Source: Paramoeba atlantica (taxonomy: Eukaryota; Protista; Discosea). From it: a stretch of DNA of 64,000 nt. This document shows positions 21,146-32,361 of this stretch, piece by piece. Both the position numbers and the translations under genes were made by a program. The notes below the pieces were generated by a model. It was not told the origin of the DNA, did no database searches, and saw only the letters and a program-made list of their open reading frames with translations. Each line of letters begins with the position of its first letter. Positions within the stretch are counted from its first letter, which is position 1. The stretch spans positions 248,001-312,000 of the forward strand of contig CDRNVI010000164.1 in assembly GCA_977017575.1 (NCBI GenBank). Reading direction: 5' to 3'.

Positions 21146-23364
21146 TCATTTCCACAATTGAACTGATTTTTGATCTGGTTCTGAAACTAAAACTGAACCA
21201 GACGAATGTACACCAACCCCAAAAGGATTCTTCATCTTCCCAAATCCAAAAGAAAAAAGAAAAGTTCCATCTTTCTCAAACACACTCACTCTCCCATTTT
21301 CCCATTCACCAACAATAATTCGACCATTCCCATCAACATCAACACCGCTTGGATGATCCAATTGAGAATCTTTTGATCCTCTTTCTCCAAAAGTTCGAAT
21401 AAAATTTCCTTCAATTCCCATCACTTGAATTCGATGATTCCAAGTATCTGAAATAACAAGATTACCATCTCCATCAACTACTACACTACAAGGACGGTTA
21501 AATTGACCTTCAGAAGAACCCTCAGTCCCAAAATATCGAATAAAACATCCATCATAACTAAACACTTGAATTCGATTATTCAGAGTGTCAACAACAATAA
21601 TTCGACCTTCTTCATCAACATCAATCCCATATGGTTCGTTGAATTGACCAGGTTGAGAACCTTTACATCCAAATGATCTTATCAAACAACCTTCTTTGTT
21701 CAACACCATCACTTTCAATTGTACTTGGTTGAGACATACAATCTCATCATTCAACCCAATTGCAACATCAATAAAAGATCCATCAACTTTGAGAGTTTGA
21801 ATCAAAGATCCTTCTTTGTTTCTAATTCCTAACTTCCTTCCATTATGACAAACAATAAAGTTACCATCAATGTTCTCAACAATTCCCCAAGGGTTTTCAT
21901 CACAACAAAAGGAAGAAATAAATTCCATTCGATCACCAATCACTCCTTTCTTTTTTCGATTCAAAAGTGAAACATCAAGTTCATCAATAAGATCATTCGC
22001 AATTTGAAGAAAAGTTGAAAAGAGATCTTCATCGAAAAGAGAATCAGTTGTTGGAGTTTGAGACAATCTAAGAATTGTATCACACCTCATTCTCAAATCA
22101 ACTTTCTCTAAATCTAAATCTTTCTTCATCACTTTCTTGTTCATTAATTTCTCTTCTAATTCTTGAATCTCTTGTTTTACTTTTCTTGTTTCCTTTTCAA
22201 CAAACTCCAATCTCTTTTCCAATCCAACTCCAATCTTCAAAATCTCATTTCTCTTTCTCAAAACACTCTCTTCTAACGAGAAAACATTCTGTCGATGTTC
22301 ATTGTGAACCCCAAGAACACATTCCAAACAAACAAAAAGAGAACACTCAAAACAAAACCCACTCAAATTCTCAGATGGGTGAGTTAAACAGTGTTTCTTT
22401 TTCAAACTTTCTAATCCCTCATCATTCCCAAGTTGTTGGTTTCTTCTTCCTTCTTGTTGTTGTTGGTTTTGTTGGTTTTCACGTTTGTGGTTTCGAGAGA
22501 AAATATTGGAGGAATGAGATTGTTCACAAGAATCACAAATGAACAATTCACATTTCAAACAATACATTGAAGTTTGTTCTCCACACCTTTCGAAATTCAC
22601 ACATTCTTTTGTTTCATCTGTTTGTTGGTTATACTTTGTTGGTTAAGGGGGAATTTTCTTTGTTTTTATGTTTTTATGTTTGTTGTTTGTGGAACAATTG
22701 TTTTGTGGTGGGTGGTGAGGCAAGAAAAAGAAAAAGAAAGGAAAGAAAAACATGGAGTTGGAGGAATACAGAAAGAAGGAATCTTTGAAGATTCAATCAC
22801 ATCAATTGTTTCAGGAATTAAATAATTGGAATCAAATGATTCAATTGTCTCATATCTTCCTCCTCCTTCTCCTTCAATCTCTTTTCGACAAACTGGACAA
22901 CATCTCTTCTTCTTCTCACCATCACTCAAACAACAACTTGAACTTGAAGAAGAAGAAGAAGAACCACCAACTTGAAGAGGAGAAAGAAAAAGATTGGGAC
23001 CACCATCACCGCCGCCACCATCACTGCCACCATCACCATCACCACTCTCAGAAGTTGAAGTTGAAGTTGAAGTTTGTTGAGAGGAGAAGAAGAGTTTGTT
23101 GAGACAATCAGAGCAAAAAGAGTGGCCACAAGGTAATGATCTCGGTTCCTTTTCCCATCTCATCATTTCAAAACAAATCAAACATTCAAATCCTTTACTT
23201 TCTTCACACTCTTTCCTTTCTGTTTCTTCTTCTTCTTCTTCTTCTTTTCCTTTTTCAACTAACTTCTCTTCCTTCTTTCTCTTGGTCTTCTCTCCCTCCT
23301 TCTCTCCCTTCTTTCTCTTCTTCTCTTCTCCTTGTTCAGTTTTCACTCGTTTCCTCTTTCCCAT
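21146..23364 (-). CDS. TRIM-NHL E3 ligase (RING, B-box1, B-box2, coiled coil, NHL propeller), copy 1, 2 exons
   Basis: ATG 23364 MGKRKRVK; RING CLICFE..PCGHSFCSDC...CPVC; phase-1 intron (TTC T|GTATTC...AAACAG|AT GAA) joins the two ORFs; B-boxes CVNFERC..CLKC..CDSC..H and CLTH..CFEC..CLEC..H..H; NHL repeats FNEPYGIDVD, DTLNNRIQVF. Confidence 0.9.
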
Positions 23365-23559
23365 TTTTCCACAACACAATTTCTAATTTGGTTGACAACA
23401 AAAAACAATTCAAAACAACAGAAAGAAGACGAGAAGAAGGTTACCACAACACAAACAAACAACAAACAAACAACAAACAACAAACAAACAAAAAAGCTAA
23501 ATTTGGGCCTCTTTTTTTTCATCTTTCATTTCTTTTGGGTTGAGAGAGAGAACATTCAT

Positions 23560-24440
23560 ATTCACTGAATGTTGGTGTGTTAAGTCCTGAAAATGGATCC
23601 ATTTGAAATCAAAAGAAGAGAACTTTCAATTTGAATCTTCAATTATTTGAATGTTGAAAAAGTGAATGGTTTTTACAATCTCAATGTTTTGGTTTTTAAA
23701 ATTTGATATTTCCATCACCAAGCAAGAGTAAAACATTTGAGGGGAGATGGGTTTTTTAAGAAGAGAAAGGAGAGTTATCAGGCAGCAGAGATATCAAGGT
23801 GTACAAAGACTCCTCATCAACCAAGTTTGGAAAAGAAAAAAAAAGGTTTTGAGAGATCGTCAAAGTCAAGACAAGAAGAGAAGGAAATCCTTGTGGATGT
23901 GAGGTGGGAGACATTATTATTGAACCAGGTCTCCTCCAATGAAATGAGTAAGGAGAACAAAAGCGATTGTCAACCTCGAAATCCCTTATTGACTCAATGA
24001 TTCAAACCAAGGAGACAGTGGAGTACAAGCACCAAAAAAATGAAGAGAAGACAAGAACCATCCAATCAACATAGCGCAAGAAATTGAGTTGCAGAATTTT
24101 GGAGGGAAAGAAGAGTTTTTGATCTTTCAGAGAGGTTGGAGGAGCGAGACTTAGCCATGCAAAAGTGGGGGAGAGAGAGGAAGAGGGAGAAGGTGTTTCT
24201 CAAAAGTGATCAAGATATTCATCCATGAAGCGGAGGGGATCTTAATCTTAAAGTCTTTGGGGAGGGGGGTTTTAGGATGGAAGAGGTGTCTGTTTTTCTG
24301 TTTCTTAAAAAAGAAGAGGAGTTTGCTTCACACTTCTTGAAAAAGATTTTAGATTTTGGGTTTTTTTATCGAAATGAACAATAAAATATCAACCTCTCTT
24401 TGTTAGACGTTCAACATTTGTTCCTTTTTCCAAGAAAAGT
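23560..24440 (+). pseudogene. Possible decayed coding relic (block X, copy A); identity unknown
   Basis: GC-richer than neighbouring spacer DNA, protein-like frames broken by stops (..EVGDIIIEPGLLQ*..); duplicated at about 29010-29960. Confidence 0.3.
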
Positions 24441-25080
24441 TCACAAGTTTGTTGAGATCCATTTGGAGAACCAAATTCGAAAAAAAGAGCAGTCCTGAAG
24501 AGAAAAGAAAAAATATTCAAAAAGAAAAATCAATCGGTTTTTTATTTGTTGAAATAAAGAAAAGAAAAGAAACCTGATTGGTCTCAAATAAGAAGGAGTC
24601 TCATTTCCCCCCCCACAATTTCGAGAAATTAAATTATCTTTGAATTCCTTCTTCAAAAAATAAAATTAAATTCAAAAAAGAAACCAACAGAATAAAGAAA
24701 AAAGAATGAAGAACCAATCAAATAAAGAAAGGAATTCTCAGAATCCAAATCTTCTCATACAGGTTGTGAAATCTAAAAAACATCAAAGATCAAAATAACA
24801 AAAGAAAAGAAATCATTAAAAGAATAAAGAACAAACAAAAAGATTTAAAAAAAATAGAAAAGAAGGAAAGAAAGTTCAAGACAACCTTGATATTTTTAAA
24901 ACTCAAATATTCCTTCTCAATAATTTTGGAAAACATCTGCGAGGTGTCGCTCATCCAGAGAGAAAAAAATTTGAGAAAAGATTTCTTTGAACCAAAAAAA
25001 TTCAACCAAAAAAGAAATTGGTTTGGTTTGGTCATGGTTTTTCTCAGACAGTTCAAATCTCAGAATCTCAGGAAGAACGA

Positions 25081-25160
25081 TCATTTCCTCAATTGAGCTG
25101 ATTTTTGATCTGGTTCTCAAGCCACAATCAACCAAAATAGATCCACTTTCGGAGATCAAT
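25081..25160 (-). pseudogene. Remnant of the TRIM-NHL 3' end
   Basis: TCATTTCCTCAATTGAGCTGATTTTTGATCTGGTTCTC matches the gene end (EPDQKSAQLRK* versus EPDQKSVQLWK*); upstream SGSILV is in a shifted frame; the gene's downstream flank is also copied. Confidence 0.7.
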
Positions 25161-25641
25161 TCCTTCAACACAGTCTTGGAAATCCTCTTCAGGAATGAAA
25201 ATGACCTTGTTTTGACTTTCAAAAGAGAAAAGGAAAAGGAAAAAAATAAAATAATTTTTCCTAAAAGACTCAGATCATTCATAGAGACAAGAAAAAAACC
25301 TTTTGGTGATCCAAATCATTACATCACATCTCTCAACCCTTCTGTCAAGAAAAATCCACTCCAAAACAGTCCTGAATGGGTGTAAGGAATGGTGGAGTAT
25401 AATATTCCCACAACTTTTCCACAGAAGAAACAAAATCATTTTTTACACCTTGATTTGGATCTGGAAGAAGAGAGAAGTTGTGAAATTTTGGAAAGAGAAA
25501 AGAACAAACTCTTTCACCTTTTCTTCATGTTCCCTTTTTCTCATTGTCCAATAAATTGAAAGAAGAAAAGAAACCAAAAAAGAAAATGGTGAATTGGAGT
25601 TGGGCGGATCAACCTAACTTTGCAAAAGATTGACAAGAAAT

Positions 25642-25712
25642 GCGCCGGTGGTTCAGTGGTAGAATTCTCGCCTGCCACGCGGGAGGCCCGGGTTCGATTC
25701 CCGGCCGGCGCA
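25642..25712 (+). tRNA. tRNA-Gly(GCC)
   Basis: 71 nt cloverleaf: acceptor GCGCCGG/CCGGCGC, D-loop AGTGGTA, anticodon arm CTCGC-CTGCCAC-GCGGG, T arm CCGGG-TTCGATT-CCCGG; oligo-T Pol III terminator follows. Confidence 0.97.
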
Positions 25713-26595
25713 ACTTTTTTTTTTCTTCTTCTCAACTCAACCTTTTTTTTGTGTTTTAATTTCATGGTGAAGAAGGGTCCCAATCTAAAAACCAACCTCT
25801 CTTTTGGAGGGCACCTTTTTGTTCCTTGTTCAAATTCCCTCAGTTGTTGACCTTCATTTTGGATATTTTAGGTTCAACAAAAAGCTCATTTTTTCAAAAA
25901 ACAGAGATTACCTTTTCTTTGATCTTTTTCTTTTCGAATCACCAATTCTTTTTGTTCCCAAGAAAAAGGAGTTTACACTTCACACTTCAAGAAAGAAATG
26001 AGAAAAAAAAAGTTTTTCAAAAAAAGAGAATCAAATGAACAACCTCTCTTTGTTTGAAACATTCCCAAATGAGAAAAGTTCACAAGTTTGTTGAAATCCG
26101 TTTTTGAGAACCAAATTCGAAAAAAAGAGATTCTTTCCAGTCCTAAAGAAAAAGGAAAAATATTCAAAAAAAATGGTATCATTTGATGAAATAAAGAAAA
26201 GAAGAGAAACCTGATTGCTCTAAAAAGAGAAAGAAGTATTTCCAATTTTTCCCCCAAGTTCAAGAAATTAAATTAGCTGTGAAATCTAAAAAACTTCAAA
26301 ATTAAATTCAAAAAAAAGAACCTCAACAGAAAAAAAAGAAAAAAAGAAAAGAAATAACTCAACCAAAAACAAACAAATATAAGATTAAAAAAATAGAAAA
26401 AAGGAAAGAAAGTTTTCAAGACAACCTTGATATTTTCACTCGGAAAACTTTCTCAATAATTCTCCAAAACATCTCCGAGGTGTCACACCTCTGAAATGTG
26501 AGAGTTGGAGAGAAAAATTCAATCAAAAAAAGAAAAAAGGTTTGGTTTGGTTAGTGACGAATTTTCTTCGATAGTTTGAAACTCAGGAAGAACGA

Positions 26596-28819
26596 TCATT
26601 TCCACAATTGAACTGATTTTTGATCTGGTTCTGAAACTAAAATTGAACCAGATGAATGTACACCAACCCCAAAAGGATTCTTCATCTTCCCAAATCCAAA
26701 AGAAAAAAGAAAAGTTCCATCTTTCTCAAACACACTCACTCTCCCATTTTCCCATTCACCAACAATAATTCGGCCATTCCCATCAACATCAACACCGCTT
26801 GGTTTCTTCAATTGAGAATCTTTTGATCCTCTTTCTCCAAAAGTTCGAATAAAATTTCCTTCAATTCCCATCACTTGAATTCGATGATTGAAAGTATCTG
26901 AAATAACAAGATTACCATCTCCATCAACTACTACACCACAAGGACGGTTAAATTGACCTTCAGAAGAACCCCAAGTCCCAAAACATCGAATAAAACATCC
27001 ATCATAACTAAACACTTGGATTCGATTATTCTCACTGTCAACAACAATAATTCGACCTTCTTCATCAACATCAATCCTATATGGTTTGTTGAATTGACCA
27101 GGTTGAGAACCTTTACATCCAAATGATCTTATCAAACAACTTTCTTTGTTCAACACCATCACTTTCGATTCTACTTGGTTGAGACATACAATCTCATCAT
27201 TCAACCCAATTGCAACATCAATAAAAGATCCATCAACTTTGAGAGTTTGAATCAAAGATCCTTCTTTGTTTCTAACTCTCAACTTCCCTCTATCATGACC
27301 AACAATAAAGTTACCATCAATGTTCTCAACAATTCCCCAAGGTTTTTCATCACAACAAAATGAAGAAATAAATTCCATTCGATCACCAATCACTCCTTTC
27401 TTTTTTCGATTCAAAAGTGAAACATCAAGTTCATCAATAAGATCATTCGCAATTTGAAGAAAAGTTGAAAAGAGATCTTCATCAAAAAGAGAATCAGTTG
27501 TTGGAGTTTGAGACAATCTAAGAATTGTATCACACCTCATTCTCAAATCAACTTTCTCTAAATCTAAATCTTTCTTCATCACTTTCTTGTTCATTAATTT
27601 CTCTTCTAATTCTTTAATCTCTTGTTCTACTTTTCTTGTTTTCTTTTCAACAAACTCCAATCTCTTCTCCAATCCAACTCCAATCTTCAAAATCTCATTC
27701 CTCTTTCTCAAAACACTCTCTTCTAACGAGAAAACATTCTGTTGATGTTCATTGTGAACCCCAAGAACACATTCCAAACAAACAAAAAGAGAACACTCAA
27801 AACAAAACCCACTCAAATTCTCAGATGGGTGAGTTAAACAGTGTTTCTTTTTCAAACTTTCTAATCCCTCATCATTCTCTTGTTGTTGGTTTCTTCTTCC
27901 TTCTTGTTGTTGTTGGTTTTGTTGGTTTTCACGTTTGTGGTTTCGAGAGAAAATATTGGAGGAATGAGATTGTTCACAAGAATCACAAATGAACAATTCA
28001 CATTTCAAACAATACATTGAAGTTTGTTCTCCACACCTTTCGAAATTCACACATTCTTTTGTTTCATCTGTTTGTTGGTTATACTTTGTTGGTTAAGGGG
28101 GAATTTTCTTTGTTTTTATGTTTTTATGTTTGTTGTTTGTGGAACAATTGTTTTGTGGTGGGTGGTGAGGTGAATTGTTTCATTTGAAAAGAAAAAGAAA
28201 GGAAAGAAAAACATGGAGTTGGAGGAAGACAGAAAGAAGGAATCTTTGAAGATTCAATCACATCAATCGTTTCAGGAATTAAATAATTGGAATCAAATGA
28301 TTCAATTGTCTCACATCTTCCTCCTCCTTCTCCTTCAATCTCTTTTCGACAAACTGGACAACATCTCTTCTTCTTCCCACCATCACTCAAACAACAACTT
28401 GAAGAAGAAGAAGAACCATCGACTTGATGAGGAGAAAGAAAAAGATTGGGACCACCATCACCGCCGCCACCACCACTGCCACCATCACCATCACCACCAT
28501 CACCACTCTCAGAAGTTGAAGTTGAAGTTTGTTGAGAGGAGAAGAAGAGTTTGTTGAGACAATCAGAGCAAAAAGAATGGCCACAAGGTAACGATCTCGG
28601 TTCCTTTTCCCATCTCATCATTTCAAAACAAATCAAACATTCAAATCCTCTCCTTTCTTCACACTCTTTCCTTTCTGTTTCTTCTTCTTCTTCTTCTTCT
28701 TTTCCTTTTTCAACTAACTTCTCTTCCTTCTTTCTCTTGGTCTTCTCTCCCTCCTTCTCTCCCTTCTTTCTCTTCTTCTCTTCTCCTTGTTCAGTTTTCA
28801 CTCGTTTCCTCTTTCCCAT
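26596..28819 (-). CDS. TRIM-NHL E3 ligase, copy 2, 2 exons
   Basis: Same architecture and intron as copy 1; ORFs 28124-28834 and 26596-28050. Confidence 0.9.
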
Positions 28820-29009
28820 TTTTCCACAACACAATTCCCAATTTGGTCAACAACAAAAAGTAATTCAAAACAACAGAAAGAAGACGAGAAGAAGGTTACC
28901 ACAACACAAACAACAAACAACAAACAACAAACAAACAAACAAAAAAGCTAAATTTGGGTCTCTTTTTTTTCATCTTTCATTTCTTTTGGGTTGAGAGAGA
29001 GAACATTCT

Positions 29010-29960
29010 TTTTCACTGAATGTTGGTGTGTTGAGTCCTGAAAATGGATCCATTTGAAATCAAAAGAAGAGAACTTTCAATTTGAATCTTCAATTATTTG
29101 AATGTTGAAAAAGTGAATGGTTTTTACAATCTCAATGTTTTGGTTTTTTAAAATTTGATATTTCCATCACCAAGCAAGAGTAAAACATTTGAGGGGAGAT
29201 GGGTTTTTTAAGAAGAGAAAGGAGAGTTATCAGGCAGTAGAGATATCAAGGTGTATAAAGACTCCTAGTCACCAGGATCCAATATTTTTTGGAAAAGAAG
29301 AGAGAGGTTTTGAGAGATCATCAAAGTCAAGACAAGAAGAGAAGGAAATCGCTGCTGAGAGGTGGGAGACATTATTATTGAACCAGGTCTCCTCCAACGA
29401 AATGAGTCAGGAGAATGAAAGGGACTGTCAACCTCGAAATCCCTTATTGGCTTAATGATTTAAACCAAGGAGAGTGGAGTACAAGCACCAAAAAAATGAA
29501 AAACAATGTCAACTATGATTAAAGAGACAAAAAGATCCTTCTATCGCAGCCGAAAAGTAATTCGTTCAGTCTTGGGAGTCGAAGTTTTTGACAAGAACCA
29601 TCCAATCAACATAGTGCAAGAATTTGCATTGCCAATCCTGGAGGGAAAGAAGAGTTTTTGATATTTCAGAGAGGTTGGAGGAGAGAGACTGAGCATGTAA
29701 AAGTGGGGGAGAGAGGAAGAGGGAGAAAGTGTTTCTCAAAATGATTAAGATATTCATACATAAAGCGGAGGGGATCTTAACCTTAAAGTCTTTGGAGAGG
29801 GGGGGTTTTAGGATGGATGTGGTGTCTGTTTTTCTGTTTCTTAAAAAAGAAGAGGAGTTTGCTTCACACTTCTTGGAAAAGATTTTAGATTTTGGGTTTT
29901 TTTTTATCAAAATGAACAATAAAATATCAACCTCTCTTTGTTAAACGTTCAACATTTGTT
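29010..29960 (+). pseudogene. Possible decayed coding relic (block X, copy B)
   Basis: Homologous to 23560-24440 with indels; no long intact ORF. Confidence 0.3.
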
Positions 29961-30372
29961 CCTTTTTCCAAGTTCACAAGTTTGTTGAGATCCATTTGGA
30001 GAACCAAATTCGAAAAAAAGAGCGGTCCTCCGATTTTTCTTAAAATAAAGAAAGGAATTCTCAGAATCGTGGTCATATCCCCAAGTGAACTGATTTTTGA
30101 TATGAATGGTGGAGTAAAATATTCCCACAACTTTTCCACAGACTAAACTATCATTTTTTTCATATTTTTTCAATATTGATGACCAATCACCTTGATTTGG
30201 ATCTGGAAGAAGAAATAAGTTGTAAAATTTGGAAAGAGAAAAGAACAAACTCTTTCACCTTTCCTTCATGTTCCCTTTTTTCATTGTCCAATAAATTGAA
30301 AGAAGAAAAGAAACCAAAAAGAAAATGAGAGTTGGCGGATCAACCTAACTTGGCAAAAGATTGACAAGAAAT

Positions 30373-30443
30373 GCGCCGGTGGTTCAGTGGTAGAATCTTC
30401 GCCTCCCACGCGAAGGGCCCGGGTTCGATTCCCGGCCGGCGCA
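30373..30443 (+). tRNA. tRNA-Gly(CCC)
   Basis: Identical to the GCC tRNA except around the anticodon arm: TTCGC-CTCCCAC-GCGAA; oligo-T terminator. Confidence 0.95.
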
Positions 30444-31422
30444 ACTTTTTTTTCTTCTTCTCAACTCAACCTTTTTTTTTGTGTTTTAATTTCATGGTGA
30501 AGAAGGGTCCCAATCTAAAAACCAACCTCTCTTTGGAGATCACCTTTTTTTTCCTTGTTCAAATTCCCTCAGTTGTTTTGGAGAACCAAATCGCATGATT
30601 CTTGAAAATCAAAAATAAGAGAGAAAGATGAGAAAAAAGAAAGAGAAAGAAAACCACACAACCTAAAATTTCCCAGGACTCTCTCCAAAACTTCAAAGGG
30701 GCCGGTGTTTGCACGAAAAAGAATGAATAACCAATAAAATAAGAAAGGAATCCAAATCTTTTCATGCAGGTTGACTCTCATTTCTGCAAGTGGACTGATT
30801 TTGATCCCGAGAGAAGAAATGTGAGAAAAGATTTCTTTGAATCGAAAAACTTCAACCAAAAAAGAAATTGGTTTGGTCAGTTCGAATCTAAGAATCTCAG
30901 GAAGAACATTTCCAGCCACAATCAACCAAAATAGATCCACTTTCGGAGATCAATTCCTTCAACACAGTCTTGGAAATCCTCTTCAGGAATGAGAATGACC
31001 TTGTTTTGACTTTCAAAAGAGAAAAAGAGTAAAATATTTTTCCCAAAAAACTTAGATCATTCAGAGAGACAAGAAAAAAACCTTTGGTGATCCAAATCAT
31101 TACATCACGTCTCTCAACCCTTCTGTCAAGAAAAATCCACTCCAAAACTCTCTTGATGGGTGTAAGGAATGGTGGAGAAGAATATTCCCACAACTTTTCC
31201 ACAAAATAAACGATCACACCTTGATTTGGATCTGGAAGAAGAGAAAAGTTGTGAAATTTTGGAGAGAGAAAGGAACAAACTTTTTCACCTTTCCTTCATG
31301 TTCCCTTTTTCTCATTGTCCAATAAATCGAAAGAAGAAAAGAAACCAAAAAGAAAATGAAGTGTTGTTGTTGAATTGGAGTTGGGCGGATCAACCTAACT
31401 TTGCAAAAGATTGACAAGAAAT

Positions 31423-31493
31423 GCGCCGGTGGTTCAGTGGTAGAATTCTCGCCTGCCACGCGGGAGGCCCGGGTTCGATTCCCGGCCGGCGCA
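31423..31493 (+). tRNA. tRNA-Gly(GCC)
   Basis: Identical to 25642-25712 with the same flanks. Confidence 0.97.
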
Positions 31494-32361
31494 ACTTTTT
31501 TTTTTCTTCTTCTCAACTCAACCTTTTTTTTGTGTTTTAATTTCATGGTGAAGAAGGGTCCCAATCTAAAAACCAACCTCTCTTTTGGAGGGCACCTTTT
31601 TGTTCCTTGTTCAAATTCCCTCAGTTGTTGACCTTCATTTTGGATATTTTAGGTTCAACAAAAAGCTCATTTTTTCAAAAAACAGAGATTACCTTTTCTT
31701 TGATCTTTTTCTTTTCGAATCACCAATTCTTTTTGTTCCCAAGAAAAAGGAGTTTACACTTCACACTTCAAAAAAGAAATGAGAAAAAAAAAGTTTTTCA
31801 AAAAGAGAGAATAAAATGAACAACCTCTCTTTGTTTGAAACGTTCCCAAATGAGAAAAGTTCACAAGTTTGTTGAAATCCGTTTTTGAGAACCAAATTCG
31901 AAAAAAAGAGATTCTTTCCAGTCCTAAAGAGAAAAGAAAAAGGAAAAATATTCAAAAAAAATTGGTATCATTTGATGAAATAAAGAAAAGAAGAGAAACC
32001 TGATTGCTCTAAAAAGAGAAGTATTTCCAACCAAGTTCAAGAAATTAAATTATCTTTGAAATCTAAAAAACTTCAAAATTAAATTCAAAATAAAGAACAT
32101 CAACAGAAAAAAAAATAACAAAAGAAAAGAAAAACAAACAAATAGAAAATTTAAAAAAATAGAAAAAAGGAAAGAAAGTTTTCAAGACAACCTTGATATT
32201 TTCACTTGGAAAACTTTCTCAATAATTCTCCAAAACATCTCCGAGGTGTCACACACCCGAAATGTGAGAGTTGGAGAGAAAAATTCAACCAAAAAAAGAA
32301 AAAAGGTTTGGTTTGGTTAGTGACGAATTTTCTTCGATAGTTTGAAACTCAGGAAGAATGA

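Noticed and set aside
26477-26491. GAGGTGT-C-ACACCTC inverted repeat downstream of TRIM copy 2
   Set aside because: Only 7 bp with a 1 nt loop, and it is broken in the paralogous flanks (about 24941 and 32243).
29200-29460. LEETWF on the minus strand as a LINE endonuclease (ETW) motif
   Set aside because: A three-residue match in a stop-ridden frame, with no other EEP or reverse transcriptase motifs.
29729-29944. KILDFG as a protein kinase DFG motif
   Set aside because: Isolated, runs into a poly-T tract, and has no HRD, VAIK or glycine-loop context.
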